NCBI GenBank assembly: GCA_900319345.1
Contig: ONNZ01000010.1
Coordinates: 12,946 to 76,945, forward strand
Reading direction: 5' to 3'
From: an uncultured Eubacteriales bacterium
Lineage (GTDB): Bacteria; Bacillota; Clostridia; Christensenellales; CAG-138
DNA: 64,000 nucleotides
The notes under the pieces were generated by a model, which ran no database searches, had not been told where the DNA came from, and saw only the letters and a program-made list of their open reading frames with translations. The translations under genes were made by a program, and so were the position numbers. Shown here in pieces: positions 52,239 through 62,076 of the stretch. How positions within the stretch are numbered: the first letter of the stretch is position 1; each line of letters opens with the position of its first letter.

Positions 52239-53279
52239 ATGGAAAAAGAAACGGTAAAGTTGACGAAGCTCAGCAAATGCGCAGGCTGCGGGGCCAAGGT
52301 GGGGGCCGGGGTGCTGGCTCAACTGCTGCAGGATATAAAGGTCCATTCCGATCCGAACCTGCTGGTGGGCTTCGACCACAGCGACGACGCTTCGGTCTAT
52401 AAGATTTCAGATGAACTTGCCCTGGTCCAGACCGTGGATTTCTTCCCGCCCATCGCCGACGATCCCTATCTGTTCGGGCAGATCGCCGCCACCAACGCCC
52501 TCTCCGACGTGTACGCCATGGGCGGGGAACCCAAGCTCTGTCTCAACATCATGGCGGTCCCGGAGAAGATGCCCATGGACGCGGTCCACGACATCCTGCG
52601 GGGCGGGTACGATAAGGTCTATGAAGCAGGGGCGCTGATCACCGGGGGCCACAGCATCCACGACGACGAGCCAAAATACGGCCTGGCGGTCACCGGCTTC
52701 GTGCATCCGGACCGGGTGCTGACCAACTCAGGGGCGAAACCCGGGGACGTACTTTTTCTTACCAAGCCTTTGGGCATCGGTATCCTCAGCACCGCGGCCA
52801 AGGCGGACATGGTCAGCGAGGAGGGGCAGCGGCGGATGTTCGAGCTCATGACCACCCTGAACCGTTCCGCCCGGGACGTGATGGTGAAGTATGACGTCCA
52901 CGCCTGTACGGATGTGACGGGCTTCGGCCTCATGGGCCATTGCTTCGAGATGATGGAGGGCAGCGACACCCAGGCCGTCATATACACCGAGGCCCTCGAT
53001 CTTATCCCGGAGGCCAGGGAGTTGGCGAAATATGGCCTGATCCCCGCTGGCGCCTACCGCAATCGTACCTTTGCGGAGAAAGCGGTGGAGCTCACCGGGA
53101 TCGAGCTCTGCGTCCAGGACATGCTCTTCGACCCCCAGACCTCCGGCGGGCTGCTGATCGCCTGCGCCTCGGTGGATGCTGACAGGATGTATGAGGAATT
53201 GAAAAAGACCGTCCCCAGCGCGCAGCGCATCGGAACGGTCCAAAAATACGAGGGCGGCAAACGCATCTTCCTGCGCTGA
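52239..53279 (+). CDS. selD: Selenide, water dikinase (selenophosphate synthetase), Cys-type
   Basis: 346 aa. The N-terminal active-site loop is LSKCAGCGAKVG (Cys, no in-frame TGA), and the protein has the PurM-like fold pattern. Confidence 0.9.
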   Translation: MEKETVKLTKLSKCAGCGAKVGAGVLAQLLQDIKVHSDPNLLVGFDHSDDASVYKISDELALVQTVDFFPPIADDPYLFGQIAATNALSDVYAMGGEPKLCLNIMAVPEKMPMDAVHDILRGGYDKVYEAGALITGGHSIHDDEPKYGLAVTGFVHPDRVLTNSGAKPGDVLFLTKPLGIGILSTAAKADMVSEEGQRRMFELMTTLNRSARDVMVKYDVHACTDVTGFGLMGHCFEMMEGSDTQAVIYTEALDLIPEARELAKYGLIPAGAYRNRTFAEKAVELTGIELCVQDMLFDPQTSGGLLIACASVDADRMYEELKKTVPSAQRIGTVQKYEGGKRIFLR

Positions 53280-54422
53280 TCAGGCCAGGGCGCGGATGGC
53301 GGCAACGGCCGCGTCCACATCCGCTTCGGTGTTGGCATATCCCAGGGAGAAGCGGACCGTGCCCTTGGGGAAAGTGCCCAGGCTCCTGTGGGCTGAGGGG
53401 GCGCAGTGGAGGCCGCAGCGGATCAGGATGCCGAAGCGCTGCTCCAGCTCGAAGGAAACGGCGGCGTTGTCCCGATCCAGGAAGTCCAGGGAGAGGACGC
53501 CCACCCGGTTTTCCATGCCGGTGGGGCCGCACAGGCGCACCCGGGGGATGCCCTGTATGCCCTCCAAAAAACGCTTCGTCAGCTCGACTTCGTGGGCTCG
53601 AAGGGCGTCGATGCCCCGTTCTGAAATATAAGTCATGGCCGCTTCCCAGCCGTAGATGCCGGGCAGATTCATGGTGCCGGATTCGAACCGGTCCGGCAGA
53701 TATTCGGGCAAATACTCGCTGTCGGAAACGCTGCCCGTGCCCCCGGCGATAAGTGGGGTCAGGTTTCTCGCCATGTCCTCCGTCAGCAGCAGAGCGCCGA
53801 TGCCGGAAGGCCCCAGCAGGCCCTTGTGGCCCGGGACGGACAGGGCGCTGAGCTGGAATCGACCGAAGTCCAGGGGAAAGTGCCCCGCGGTCTGGGCCCC
53901 GTCCAGGGCAAAGGGGATGCCGTACTGGGCGGCGATAGCGCCGACGGCTTCCGCGTCCTGGACCGAACCGGACACATTGGAGCCGTGGTTAATCAGGATC
54001 AGTTTGGTGTTGGGGCGGACGAGCCTATCGATGTCGTCGGAGTCGATGAACCCTTCTCTATCTGCAGGGAGCCGATCGAAGCTGACGTCAGGCATCTGCA
54101 GCAGCGGCCGCATGACGGCGTTGTGCTCCATGCTGCTGACGATCACATGGTCCCCCGGGTGGAGATATCCTTTGAGGAGGAAGTTCAGACCATAGGTGTT
54201 GCCCGGGGTCAGGATCACATGGGTGGCCTTCTCCGGGAAATGGAAGAAGCGCTTGAGCTGTTCTCGGAGGGACAGGGTGACCAGCTCCGCCTCCTGAGCG
54301 TTCTGGTAGACGGAACGATTGAGAGGCGCGCCCACCTCGTTGAGATAGCGTACCATGGCCTTTGCCACCGCTTCCGGCTTCGGGAAGGAGGTGGCGGCGT
54401 TGTCAAGATAGATCGTGTTCAT
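53280..54422 (-). CDS. Class V aminotransferase, cysteine desulfurase / selenocysteine lyase-like
   Basis: 380 aa with an N-terminal YLDNAATS motif and the PLP lysine motif SVPGHKGLLGP. Its stop codon abuts the selD stop codon (TGATCA). Confidence 0.75.
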   Translation of the reverse strand: MNTIYLDNAATSFPKPEAVAKAMVRYLNEVGAPLNRSVYQNAQEAELVTLSLREQLKRFFHFPEKATHVILTPGNTYGLNFLLKGYLHPGDHVIVSSMEHNAVMRPLLQMPDVSFDRLPADREGFIDSDDIDRLVRPNTKLILINHGSNVSGSVQDAEAVGAIAAQYGIPFALDGAQTAGHFPLDFGRFQLSALSVPGHKGLLGPSGIGALLLTEDMARNLTPLIAGGTGSVSDSEYLPEYLPDRFESGTMNLPGIYGWEAAMTYISERGIDALRAHEVELTKRFLEGIQGIPRVRLCGPTGMENRVGVLSLDFLDRDNAAVSFELEQRFGILIRCGLHCAPSAHRSLGTFPKGTVRFSLGYANTEADVDAAVAAIRALA

Positions 54423-54492
54423 GGGTACAGGATAGCACAGCCCAGAGGAAAAGTCACATAGATTTTTCCCATGGCATCAGGAAGGAGAGAAA

Positions 54493-55407
54493 ATGCTCGA
54501 TATCAGCATCCGACAGCTGGAGGTCTTCGTGGCCACGGCGGAATACTGCAGCTTCACCAAGGCGGCGGAGGACCTGCATCTGACCCAATCCACCGTCAGC
54601 ATGCACATCCGCACCCTGGAGGAGGTGCTGGGCGCCTGCCTCATCGAGCGGGGCGCCCGCAAGAAGGTGATCCTGACGGAGGAGGGGAAGCGGGTCTATT
54701 CCATGGCCAAGGACATCCTTTCCCGGGTGGACGCCCTGCAGGAGCGTCGAACGGACGGGGGAGAGGAGCTGCTGCGTATCGGCACATCCACCGTGCCCGC
54801 CCAGTATCTGCTGCCCAAGCTTCTGTCAGGGTTTTTGAAAAAACACAGCCGCGTCAAATATATCCTGCGGCGGGGCGACAGCGAGCACATCCTGGAATGC
54901 ATCCAAAAGGGCGAGGTGCGCATCGGCCTCACGGGATACAGGAACGGCGACAGGTCGCTGATCTTTCAGGAGATCGCCCGGGATCATCTGGTGCTGATCA
55001 CGGAGAACAGCGAAGCATACCGGGCCATGCAGGCGGCGGGGAAGACGGGGAAGGACCTGTTGGACCTGCCCATGATCGCCCGGGAGGAAAGCTCCGGCAC
55101 CCAGCACGCCGCCGACGCCTTTTTGCAGAAGCTGGGCGTGACGGAGCCCAACATCGTGGCCCGGATGGACAATCCGGAGAGCATCAAGATGAGCGTGGCG
55201 GAGGGCATGGGCGTGTCCCTCATCTCCGATCTGGCCGTCTCCGCCGAGGTCAGGGCGGGCAAGCTCCTGGCCTTCCCGTTTTCGCCCCAGGCGGAGGAGC
55301 GAAAGCTCTACGTGGTCTGGCCCAGGGACGCGCTGCTGACCACAGGGGAACTACAGTTCATCCAGCACGTCAAGAGCCAGACGAGCGCTATTCTTTTATC
55401 GGAATAA
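54493..55407 (+). CDS. LysR-family transcriptional regulator
   Basis: 304 aa with an N-terminal winged-helix-turn-helix (wHTH) domain (IRQLEVFVATAEYCSFTKAAEDLHLTQSTVSMHIRTLE). It is divergent from the desulfurase-like gene and upstream of yedE. Confidence 0.85.
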   Translation: MLDISIRQLEVFVATAEYCSFTKAAEDLHLTQSTVSMHIRTLEEVLGACLIERGARKKVILTEEGKRVYSMAKDILSRVDALQERRTDGGEELLRIGTSTVPAQYLLPKLLSGFLKKHSRVKYILRRGDSEHILECIQKGEVRIGLTGYRNGDRSLIFQEIARDHLVLITENSEAYRAMQAAGKTGKDLLDLPMIAREESSGTQHAADAFLQKLGVTEPNIVARMDNPESIKMSVAEGMGVSLISDLAVSAEVRAGKLLAFPFSPQAEERKLYVVWPRDALLTTGELQFIQHVKSQTSAILLSE

Positions 55408-55513
55408 CCGATGTTTTGAACGGTTCCATCTGTATTTCCCATTCGATTTTTGCCGACAAAATCCCTATAATGAAAGGGAACGAACCGAAAAGATTTGGTC
55501 TTGGGAGGTAATC

Positions 55514-56611
55514 ATGAAAAAAGTCAATTGGATGGTCGTTCTGTCCGGCGTGGCGGTGGGTATCGCCGCCCTGGCCCTGAGTGCGCTGGGGAACCCAGCG
55601 AACATGGGCTTCTGCATCGCCTGCTTCGAGCGGGATATCGCCGGTACGCTGGGGCTCCATTCCGCCGCGGTGGTCCAGTACATGCGGCCGGAGATCATCG
55701 GCCTCGTCCTGGGCGCCATGATCATGGCCCTGGTGAAGGGTGAGTTCCGCGCCAAGGGCGGCTCCTCGCCCGCGACCCGGTTCCTGCTGGGCGCCCTCGT
55801 CATGATCGGGGCTCTGGTGTTCCTGGGCTGCCCCCTTCGTATGATGCTCCGTTTGGGCGGCGGCGACTTGAACGCGCTGGTGGCCCTGCTGGGGTTCGCC
55901 CTGGGCATCTTCGTAGGGACCCTGTTCCTGAAGCGGGGCTTTTCCCTGAAGCGCAGCTATACCCTGGGCACGGCGGAGGGGGCGGTGCTACCCGTGCTGC
56001 TGATCGTCGCCGGCGTCGCGTTTTTGCTGTTCCCGGCCCTGTTCAAGGTCAGCGAAAAGGGGCCCGGCTCCATGCATGCACCGTTTATCGTCGCCCTGCT
56101 GATCGCCATGGCGGTGGGCGCCTTCGCCCAGCGTTCGCGGCTCTGCATGGTGGGCGGCCTGCGTGACGCCATGATGTTCAAGGACTTCAAGCTCCTCTAT
56201 GGGTTCGTTGCCATCCTGATCGTCACCATCGTCGGGAAGCTGGCCCTGGGCGGTCTGAAGATGGGCAACCTGACGCCGTTCAAGCTGGGCTTTGCCGAGC
56301 AGCCCGTGGCCCACAGCGCTCACGTGTGGAACTTCCTGGGCATGGCCCTGGCAGGCTGGGGTTCCGTGCTCCTGGGCGGCTGCCCCCTACGTCAGCTGAT
56401 CCTGGCCGGCGAGGGCAACGGCGATTCCGCGGTGGCGGTGTTCGGCATGATCGCCGGGGCGGCCATCTCCCACAACTTCGGCTTGGCCGGGGCAGCCGGA
56501 AAGCCTGCCGCGGAGGCGGTCTCTCTGAACGCCAAGGTTGTGATCCTGTGCGGCTTCGTGATCCTGCTGATCATCTCCCTGATGAACCTGCCCAAAGAAA
56601 AGAAAGCCTGA
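55514..56611 (+). CDS. yedE: YedE/FdhT-family putative selenium transporter
   Basis: 365 aa, polytopic, with paired Cys motifs (GFCIACFERD, SRLCMVGG). It is followed by yedF-like and DUF3343 genes. Confidence 0.75.
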   Translation: MKKVNWMVVLSGVAVGIAALALSALGNPANMGFCIACFERDIAGTLGLHSAAVVQYMRPEIIGLVLGAMIMALVKGEFRAKGGSSPATRFLLGALVMIGALVFLGCPLRMMLRLGGGDLNALVALLGFALGIFVGTLFLKRGFSLKRSYTLGTAEGAVLPVLLIVAGVAFLLFPALFKVSEKGPGSMHAPFIVALLIAMAVGAFAQRSRLCMVGGLRDAMMFKDFKLLYGFVAILIVTIVGKLALGGLKMGNLTPFKLGFAEQPVAHSAHVWNFLGMALAGWGSVLLGGCPLRQLILAGEGNGDSAVAVFGMIAGAAISHNFGLAGAAGKPAAEAVSLNAKVVILCGFVILLIISLMNLPKEKKA

Positions 56612-56635
56612 AGACGAGAATAGGAGGGTAATGCT

Positions 56636-56839
56636 ATGGTAGACGCGCGTGGATATTCCTGCCCCATTCCGGTGGTCATGGTGCAACGGGCTGTCAAAGC
56701 CGAGAATCCCGATACGCTGACGGTGCTGGTGGACGAGCAGGTGTGCGTGGAGAACGTGACCCGCTTCGCTAAGGCGTCCGGGTACTCGGTCACGGTCACT
56801 CGGGACGGGGACGACTATCGGATGGAACTGAAGAAATGA
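56636..56839 (+). CDS. yedF: TusA/YedF-like sulfur/selenium carrier protein
   Basis: 67 aa with the CP(x)P active-site context (DARGYSCPIPVV). Confidence 0.7.
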   Translation: MVDARGYSCPIPVVMVQRAVKAENPDTLTVLVDEQVCVENVTRFAKASGYSVTVTRDGDDYRMELKK

Positions 56840-57078
56840 GGGAGTACGTAGCCACCTTTCACACCCATCTGTCCGCGCTGTTGACCGACAGGAACCTGAA
56901 AGCTGCCGGGGTGCCATCCCGCATGATGCCCGTGCTTAGGAAGCTCAGCTCCTCCTGCGGCACTTGCGTGGTCTATTCGGCGGCCGATCCGTGCCTGGAG
57001 CAGATGGACGAGGACGTGGAGGGGGTCTACGAGATCACGGGAGACGAAACGTATCGTCTCTTGTATGAAAACGAATAA
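56836..57078 (+). CDS. DUF3343-like putative Se/S carrier protein
   Basis: 80 aa. It has an ATGA overlap with yedF and a Cys pair (SSCGTCVVY). Confidence 0.6.
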   Translation: MREYVATFHTHLSALLTDRNLKAAGVPSRMMPVLRKLSSSCGTCVVYSAADPCLEQMDEDVEGVYEITGDETYRLLYENE

Positions 57079-57084
57079 ACGATC

Positions 57085-57134
57085 TGAAAACAAAAGTGAC
57101 GGAGCCCATCGAGGCCCCGTCGCTTTTCTGTTTT
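57085..57134. terminator. Bidirectional intrinsic terminator
   Basis: The stem is GTGACGGAGCC / GGCCCCGTCGC (one mismatch). It is flanked by an A-rich tract and TTTTCTGTTTT. Confidence 0.6.
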
Positions 57135-57140
57135 CGCAGT

Positions 57141-58745
57141 TTACAGTTCGTGTTCCTGGATGATGGCGGAGATCTCCCTGGCGATGGTCTTCAGTTCGTG
57201 ATTGCTGCGGCCGCTCATCTGGTCCACCAGCTCCAGGAGTTTCCGGGCCACAGCCTTCAGGGACTCGTACAGTGGGTTCGTCTTGACCTGCTTCAGCTTC
57301 TCGATCCGCTTGCCCTCAGCGGCGAAGGACACCTTTGCGGCGGCCAGATCGTATTCTGCGCCGGAGAAGGGGGCGATCACTTCGGTGCCGGGGAAAGTGT
57401 CCCTGAGTAGCTGCGCGAAGGTCTCGCAGGCTGTTTCGTCCCCATGGTTCACGAAGACGGTGCCGGGACAGGCGTCGAATCCTTTGACCCAGTTGAGAAG
57501 CCCCTGCTGATCCGCGTGGCCGCTGGTGCCGTGGAGGGAGAAGATCTCGGCATTGACGGCGATGCTCTCCCCGAAGAGCTTCACCTGCTTGGCCCCGTGG
57601 AGCAGGGAATGGCCCAGGGTGCCCACCGTTTGATACCCTACGAACAGGATCAGATTCTTTTCGTCCCATAGGTTGTGCTTCAGATGGTGCCGAATGCGGC
57701 CCGCGTCGCACATGCCGCTGGCGGAGATGATGACCTTGGGCCGCGGGTCGTTGTTGATGGCGATGGAGTCCTCCGTGGTCACCGAGAGCTCCAGCCCATC
57801 GAACCAGACGGGGTTTTCGCCCCGGTGGAGGATCTCCAACGCCTCCTCGTCCAGATAGGATTCATCCACGTCCCGGAAGATGGCGGTGGCCTCCTGAGCC
57901 AGGGGGCTGTCCAGGAACACCGGCGCGTCGTCATGACCGTGCAGTAGGCCGCGGGCTTTGATCTCCCGCAAGGCGTACAGCAGTTCCTGGGTCCGGCCTA
58001 CGGCAAAGGCGGGGATTACCACGTTCCCGCCCCGATCCAGTGTCCGCTGTAGGAAGGCGGCAAAATCCGAAACCACGTCGATGCCCTCGGTGGACTCATG
58101 GAGCCGATCCCCGTAGGTGGATTCTATGACCAGATAATCCGCATCGGATACGTTTTGCGGGTCCCGGATGATGGGCTGATCCGTGTTCCCCACGTCCCCG
58201 CTGAAGACGATCTTCTTAGCAGTTTCACCCTCCCGCATCCATATCTCGATGCAGGCCGAGCCCAGCAGGTGCCCGATGTCGGTGAACCGGATCTCGATCG
58301 AGTCGTCCACAGGGATGGTCTCCCCGTAGCGGCAGGGGCGGAAGAGGGGCATGAGCCCGTGGACGTCCTCCGCGGTGTAGAGGGGCTCCACGACCTCGTC
58401 TCCGGAACGGGTGGCCTTGCGATTCCGCCATTCGACCTCCGATTCCTGGATGTGGGCGGAGTCCAGCAGCATGATGTTGCAAAGGCTGCAGGTGGCGGAC
58501 GTGGCGTAGACGGGGCCGCGAAATCCGTCCTTATAGAGCTTGGGCAGCATGCCGGTATGGTCGATATGGGCGTGGGTGACGAATACGGCGCTGATCTCTT
58601 CCGGGGCCACGGGCAGGGGCACGTTCTCAAACATATCCACGCCCTGTTCCATGCCCTTGTCCACCAGGTAATACTTGCCTCCGTTCTCCAGGAGGGTACA
58701 GCTGCCGGTCACTTCATGGGCTGCTCCGATAAACGTGATCTTCAT
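57141..58745 (-). CDS. MBL-fold beta-CASP hydrolase (RNA-metabolising type)
   Basis: 534 aa with the HxHxDH motif (THAHIDHTG) and beta-CASP motifs downstream. Confidence 0.75.
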   Translation of the reverse strand: MKITFIGAAHEVTGSCTLLENGGKYYLVDKGMEQGVDMFENVPLPVAPEEISAVFVTHAHIDHTGMLPKLYKDGFRGPVYATSATCSLCNIMLLDSAHIQESEVEWRNRKATRSGDEVVEPLYTAEDVHGLMPLFRPCRYGETIPVDDSIEIRFTDIGHLLGSACIEIWMREGETAKKIVFSGDVGNTDQPIIRDPQNVSDADYLVIESTYGDRLHESTEGIDVVSDFAAFLQRTLDRGGNVVIPAFAVGRTQELLYALREIKARGLLHGHDDAPVFLDSPLAQEATAIFRDVDESYLDEEALEILHRGENPVWFDGLELSVTTEDSIAINNDPRPKVIISASGMCDAGRIRHHLKHNLWDEKNLILFVGYQTVGTLGHSLLHGAKQVKLFGESIAVNAEIFSLHGTSGHADQQGLLNWVKGFDACPGTVFVNHGDETACETFAQLLRDTFPGTEVIAPFSGAEYDLAAAKVSFAAEGKRIEKLKQVKTNPLYESLKAVARKLLELVDQMSGRSNHELKTIAREISAIIQEHEL

Positions 58746-58769
58746 TTTGCTTTCCTCCGCATCGGCAAA

Positions 58770-60386
58770 TCATTTCTCGTTCTTGATCTTCAGCAACTGG
58801 ATGATGGCGTGGATGGCGGCATCCACGATAAGGATACTGCCCACAACGATGGAATACCACCGGATGATCCATTGAGGAGCGACCAAAATGAACAAACCGC
58901 AGATGGAAAAGACGATGGCTTCGATGAGATGGAACCAGAAGAACGGACTATACTTCCGATCCTCCTTCAGCTTGGATGCGGTGAAGTACGCGTAAAACAG
59001 CAGGATGCCGCCGAAAAGCGCGGAGCTGAGCACGAACAGCGCCTGATCCTTGACGAGGATCAACAGGAAGATGACCAGCAGGGCGATGCACAGCATGATG
59101 CGCATTCGTTCCGCCTGCATGTTCCAATGGTTCTTCATCAGACGGCGGACGGTGAACGTCGTTTCGGCAGCGAACACCAGGAACAGGAGGATCGCCAAAA
59201 AGATATCGAAGACCCTGACGGGAAGCAGCAAAAGCAGCAAGCCTATCAGCCCGATGGCGGCATCCAAAAGATACGGCTGATGAGCGATCTCCTTCTTGAC
59301 TTTCTTGGTGACCTTGTTGGCGGCTTTCAATTCCTCCTGGATGGCCGCTTCCGGCAGCTTTTTCAAAGTGTCCTTGGTGGCTTGGTCCCCGTCGAGGACC
59401 GACACGATGACGTTCTCGATGGAGGCAGGCCACTTTTCCAAAACATCGGACAGCGTCAGGGAGCCGTCCTCCTCCAGCGCACCGAATATGCCTTCGGTGA
59501 AGGTTTTCCGTTCTTCGGGGGATACGTTCTCCATCCATCGGTCGAACACCACGCCCATAGATACGCTTTGGGGATCGTAGGCATCAGCTAAGGCAAGGTC
59601 GCCCGCATCGATGCCCCAGGAGAAGATGGAGTGCTGCATGCCTGCCTTCTGGGTGCTCTTGACGATGCGGCAATCGTCGATCTTTGGCTCGAAGATCTTG
59701 CCGATCACGCAGAATTCAGGCCGGATGGTGGTGGAGATGGGGTTGATGGATTCGATCAGCTTAGGGTCCAGCACCTCCTTGCAGAACCCGGGCCCGTCGT
59801 TGATGAACAGATGCTTCAGCTGGGACCTCTTCTTTTTCGGCAGCAGCGCGGCGGCGTAGAGCACTTCGTTGGCGCCCTTGCTGTGCCCGCCCACGTAGTA
59901 GGACCGGCCGGGGCGAATGTGCTTATCCAGATACTCCAAACTGCGCTCCTGGGCTTTGGTCTGGGTGAAGCTGATCATAAAATCCTCTTTCCACCCGGCG
60001 ATGGAGCTGTCCGTGCCGCGAAAAGCGATGTATCTCGTGAATCTATCCAGATGGAATGTGATTGCAGAGAACTGGATGGGTATCTCGGGATAGAATTCGT
60101 CCACGTAGTTGCTGACATAGAGATCCCCGAAGCGCTTGGATTCCGCCGCATACCGAACGAAGTCCGGCATGGTCTCGTCCTTTTCGGTGGTCATCATCTG
60201 CACGGGTTCCCCGTGAAGGCTTTCGAAGCATTCGCGCAGGGTATGCTTCTTGTTCCGCTTCCAATCCATATCGGGAAACTTCCAGTAGGACAGCCCGCAG
60301 AAGACCAGATTGTCCACCTCGTTGAAGGGGACTATATCAAAGGGAAGGTCTGCATACCAACGAACGTAATCTATGATGCGATCCAT
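58770..60386 (-). CDS. Mbeg1-like (DUF2974) alpha/beta hydrolase fused to a C-terminal multi-TM domain
   Basis: 538 aa with a nucleophile elbow (GGHSKGAN), about six C-terminal TM helices and SD AAGGAG. Confidence 0.6.
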   Translation of the reverse strand: MDRIIDYVRWYADLPFDIVPFNEVDNLVFCGLSYWKFPDMDWKRNKKHTLRECFESLHGEPVQMMTTEKDETMPDFVRYAAESKRFGDLYVSNYVDEFYPEIPIQFSAITFHLDRFTRYIAFRGTDSSIAGWKEDFMISFTQTKAQERSLEYLDKHIRPGRSYYVGGHSKGANEVLYAAALLPKKKRSQLKHLFINDGPGFCKEVLDPKLIESINPISTTIRPEFCVIGKIFEPKIDDCRIVKSTQKAGMQHSIFSWGIDAGDLALADAYDPQSVSMGVVFDRWMENVSPEERKTFTEGIFGALEEDGSLTLSDVLEKWPASIENVIVSVLDGDQATKDTLKKLPEAAIQEELKAANKVTKKVKKEIAHQPYLLDAAIGLIGLLLLLLPVRVFDIFLAILLFLVFAAETTFTVRRLMKNHWNMQAERMRIMLCIALLVIFLLILVKDQALFVLSSALFGGILLFYAYFTASKLKEDRKYSPFFWFHLIEAIVFSICGLFILVAPQWIIRWYSIVVGSILIVDAAIHAIIQLLKIKNEK

Positions 60387-60397
60387 AGTATCTCCTT

Positions 60398-60425
60398 ATT
60401 TTGAAAAGGCAGCCCCATGGCTGCC
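60398..60425 (-). terminator. Intrinsic terminator of the mntR-like gene
   Basis: On the minus strand: GGCAGCC atgg GGCTGCC followed by TTTTCAAAA. Confidence 0.6.
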
Positions 60426-60439
60426 GGCGGTCCGAACCC

Positions 60440-60811
60440 TCAGGACTTTTCCTTCTGCGCGAAAGCTTTGATCCGCTCGAAGGTGGCGTCGCTGATGTAG
60501 TGCTCCACCTTGCAGGCGTCCTCCAAAGCGGTCTTCTCGTCCACGCCGATGCTGATGAAGAATTGGGACAGGGTGTTGTGACGCTCGTAGATCTTTTCGG
60601 CCACGGCCCGGCCGGAATCAGTGAGGGTCAGATATCCTGTGGGATCCATCAGCAGATATCCGGCGTTCTTCAAAAGGCCCACCGCTCGGGAAACGCTGGG
60701 CTTGCTGAAGCCCATGTGCTCCGCCACGTCCAGGGAACGCACATGTTCCAGCTTTTGGGAAAGGATGAGGATGGTTTCCAAATACATCTCTCCGGATTCC
60801 TGCAAGCGCAT
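60440..60811 (-). CDS. mntR: DtxR/MntR-family metal-dependent repressor
   Basis: 123 aa counted from ATG 60811 (SD GAGGAGG 7 nt upstream). It has a wHTH domain (LDVAEHMGFSKPSVSRAVGLLKNAGYL). Confidence 0.8.
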   Translation of the reverse strand: MRLQESGEMYLETILILSQKLEHVRSLDVAEHMGFSKPSVSRAVGLLKNAGYLLMDPTGYLTLTDSGRAVAEKIYERHNTLSQFFISIGVDEKTALEDACKVEHYISDATFERIKAFAQKEKS

Positions 60812-61047
60812 CCGATCGCCTCCTCTCATCTATTGTTATAGTATCATATATCCGTTTTTTTGCAAGTCTCCAGCCCAAATCTTTCAAAACGATCATACCG
60901 TGGGTCTTTCGTTTAGATGCTGTCGATAGGTGTGTCGGCGCCTCTTTTGCGACAGGTAGCTCCATCAGGCGAAAAAAGTTCACCGTTTAAGAACGTGGAA
61001 CAGGTTGCTATAGTGGGGTTGCTACTTTAAAGAATGCGAGGTGTTTC

Positions 61048-61332
61048 ATGAGGAGCAAAGACTGTCGTCACTATTCAAGAAGGGAACTGATCGAGATCAT
61101 CTACGAGCTGGAACGAAGGGAGGAACGGCTGGAGCGGAAGCTGGAGAAGACCAGGGCTAAACTGAAGGAACGGACGGAGCGGATGGCACGGGCAGGGACA
61201 CTGGCGGAGGTCGCGGCGGTGATCGCGGGGCTGTTCGAAGCGGCGGACGAGACGGCGGCCATGTACCTGTCCGGCGTTCAGGCTCAGGCGGAAAGCTTCC
61301 GGGAGGTGGATGTGGAGGAAAAGGCGTCATGA
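61048..61332 (+). CDS. Coiled-coil hypothetical protein
   Basis: 94 aa, Arg/Glu-rich and helical. It has an ATGA overlap with lepB. Confidence 0.4.
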   Translation: MRSKDCRHYSRRELIEIIYELERREERLERKLEKTRAKLKERTERMARAGTLAEVAAVIAGLFEAADETAAMYLSGVQAQAESFREVDVEEKAS

Positions 61333-61919
61333 TCTTCGAGACACAGCGGGGACAGGCCATCCCGACCCTGTTTCAAGTGAGGGAGGAGCGAAAGAAGCTG
61401 GACCGCCGGAGCGACCGCAGACACGGTTTCTGCGCCTTCCTGCTCTCCTTCCTGCTGACGATCACGGCTGGCCTTATGATCATGCTCCTGTTCCTTCCGG
61501 TGCTGGAGGTGTCGGGCAGCAGCATGGAGCCCACCTTGCAGGACGGCGACATCCTGGTCCTGTACAAGCCCCATGTGATCAAAACCGGAGAGCTCTGCGG
61601 CATGTACGCCAAGGACAGGCTGATACTCAAGCGCGTCATCGCCCTGTCGGGGGACGTGGTGGATATGGACGAGACCGGAAACGTGTATGTGAATGGGATG
61701 CAGTTGCAGGAACCGTACGTGTCCCAAAAGGCGACAGGCACCTGCGACCTGTCCTTTCCCTTCACCGTGCCGGAGGACAGCCTCTTCGTGATGGGGGACC
61801 ATCGAGAGACCAGCATCGACAGCCGCTGCAGCCTGATCGGATGCATCAAGACCAACCAGGTCATGGGGCAGGTGGTGGCCAGGATATGGCCCCCCAAAAG
61901 CATCGGCTGGATGGAGTGA
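61329..61919 (+). CDS. lepB: Signal peptidase I
   Basis: 196 aa with an N-terminal TM helix, the catalytic Ser box (SGSSMEPTL), the Lys box (LKRVIALSGD) and GDHRETSIDSR. Confidence 0.85.
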   Translation: MIFETQRGQAIPTLFQVREERKKLDRRSDRRHGFCAFLLSFLLTITAGLMIMLLFLPVLEVSGSSMEPTLQDGDILVLYKPHVIKTGELCGMYAKDRLILKRVIALSGDVVDMDETGNVYVNGMQLQEPYVSQKATGTCDLSFPFTVPEDSLFVMGDHRETSIDSRCSLIGCIKTNQVMGQVVARIWPPKSIGWME

Positions 61920-62014
61920 TCGAATACATTCTTTGAGATAGCGGGGACCGTTGCGATCCGATGAAGGGAGCGCGAGGGCCCCGCATTTTTTACGCATTGT
62001 TCACGTATGGGCGG

Positions 62015-62043
62015 TTGATTGACCTTTTTCCCGGTTGTAAACT
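62015..62043 (+). promoter_or_regulatory. Possible promoter of mreC
   Basis: TTGATT, a 17-nt spacer, then TAAACT. Confidence 0.35.
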
Positions 62044-62076
62044 GTATTTGTAGAATTTTGTACACGGGAGACCACC

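Noticed and set aside
33405-57078. Selenocysteine (in-frame TGA) recoding in the hydroxylase, selD or neighbouring genes
   Set aside because: All called CDS are continuous, and none is split by a lone in-frame TGA. selD has Cys at the catalytic position. I did not identify a SECIS-like hairpin, but this was a by-eye search only.
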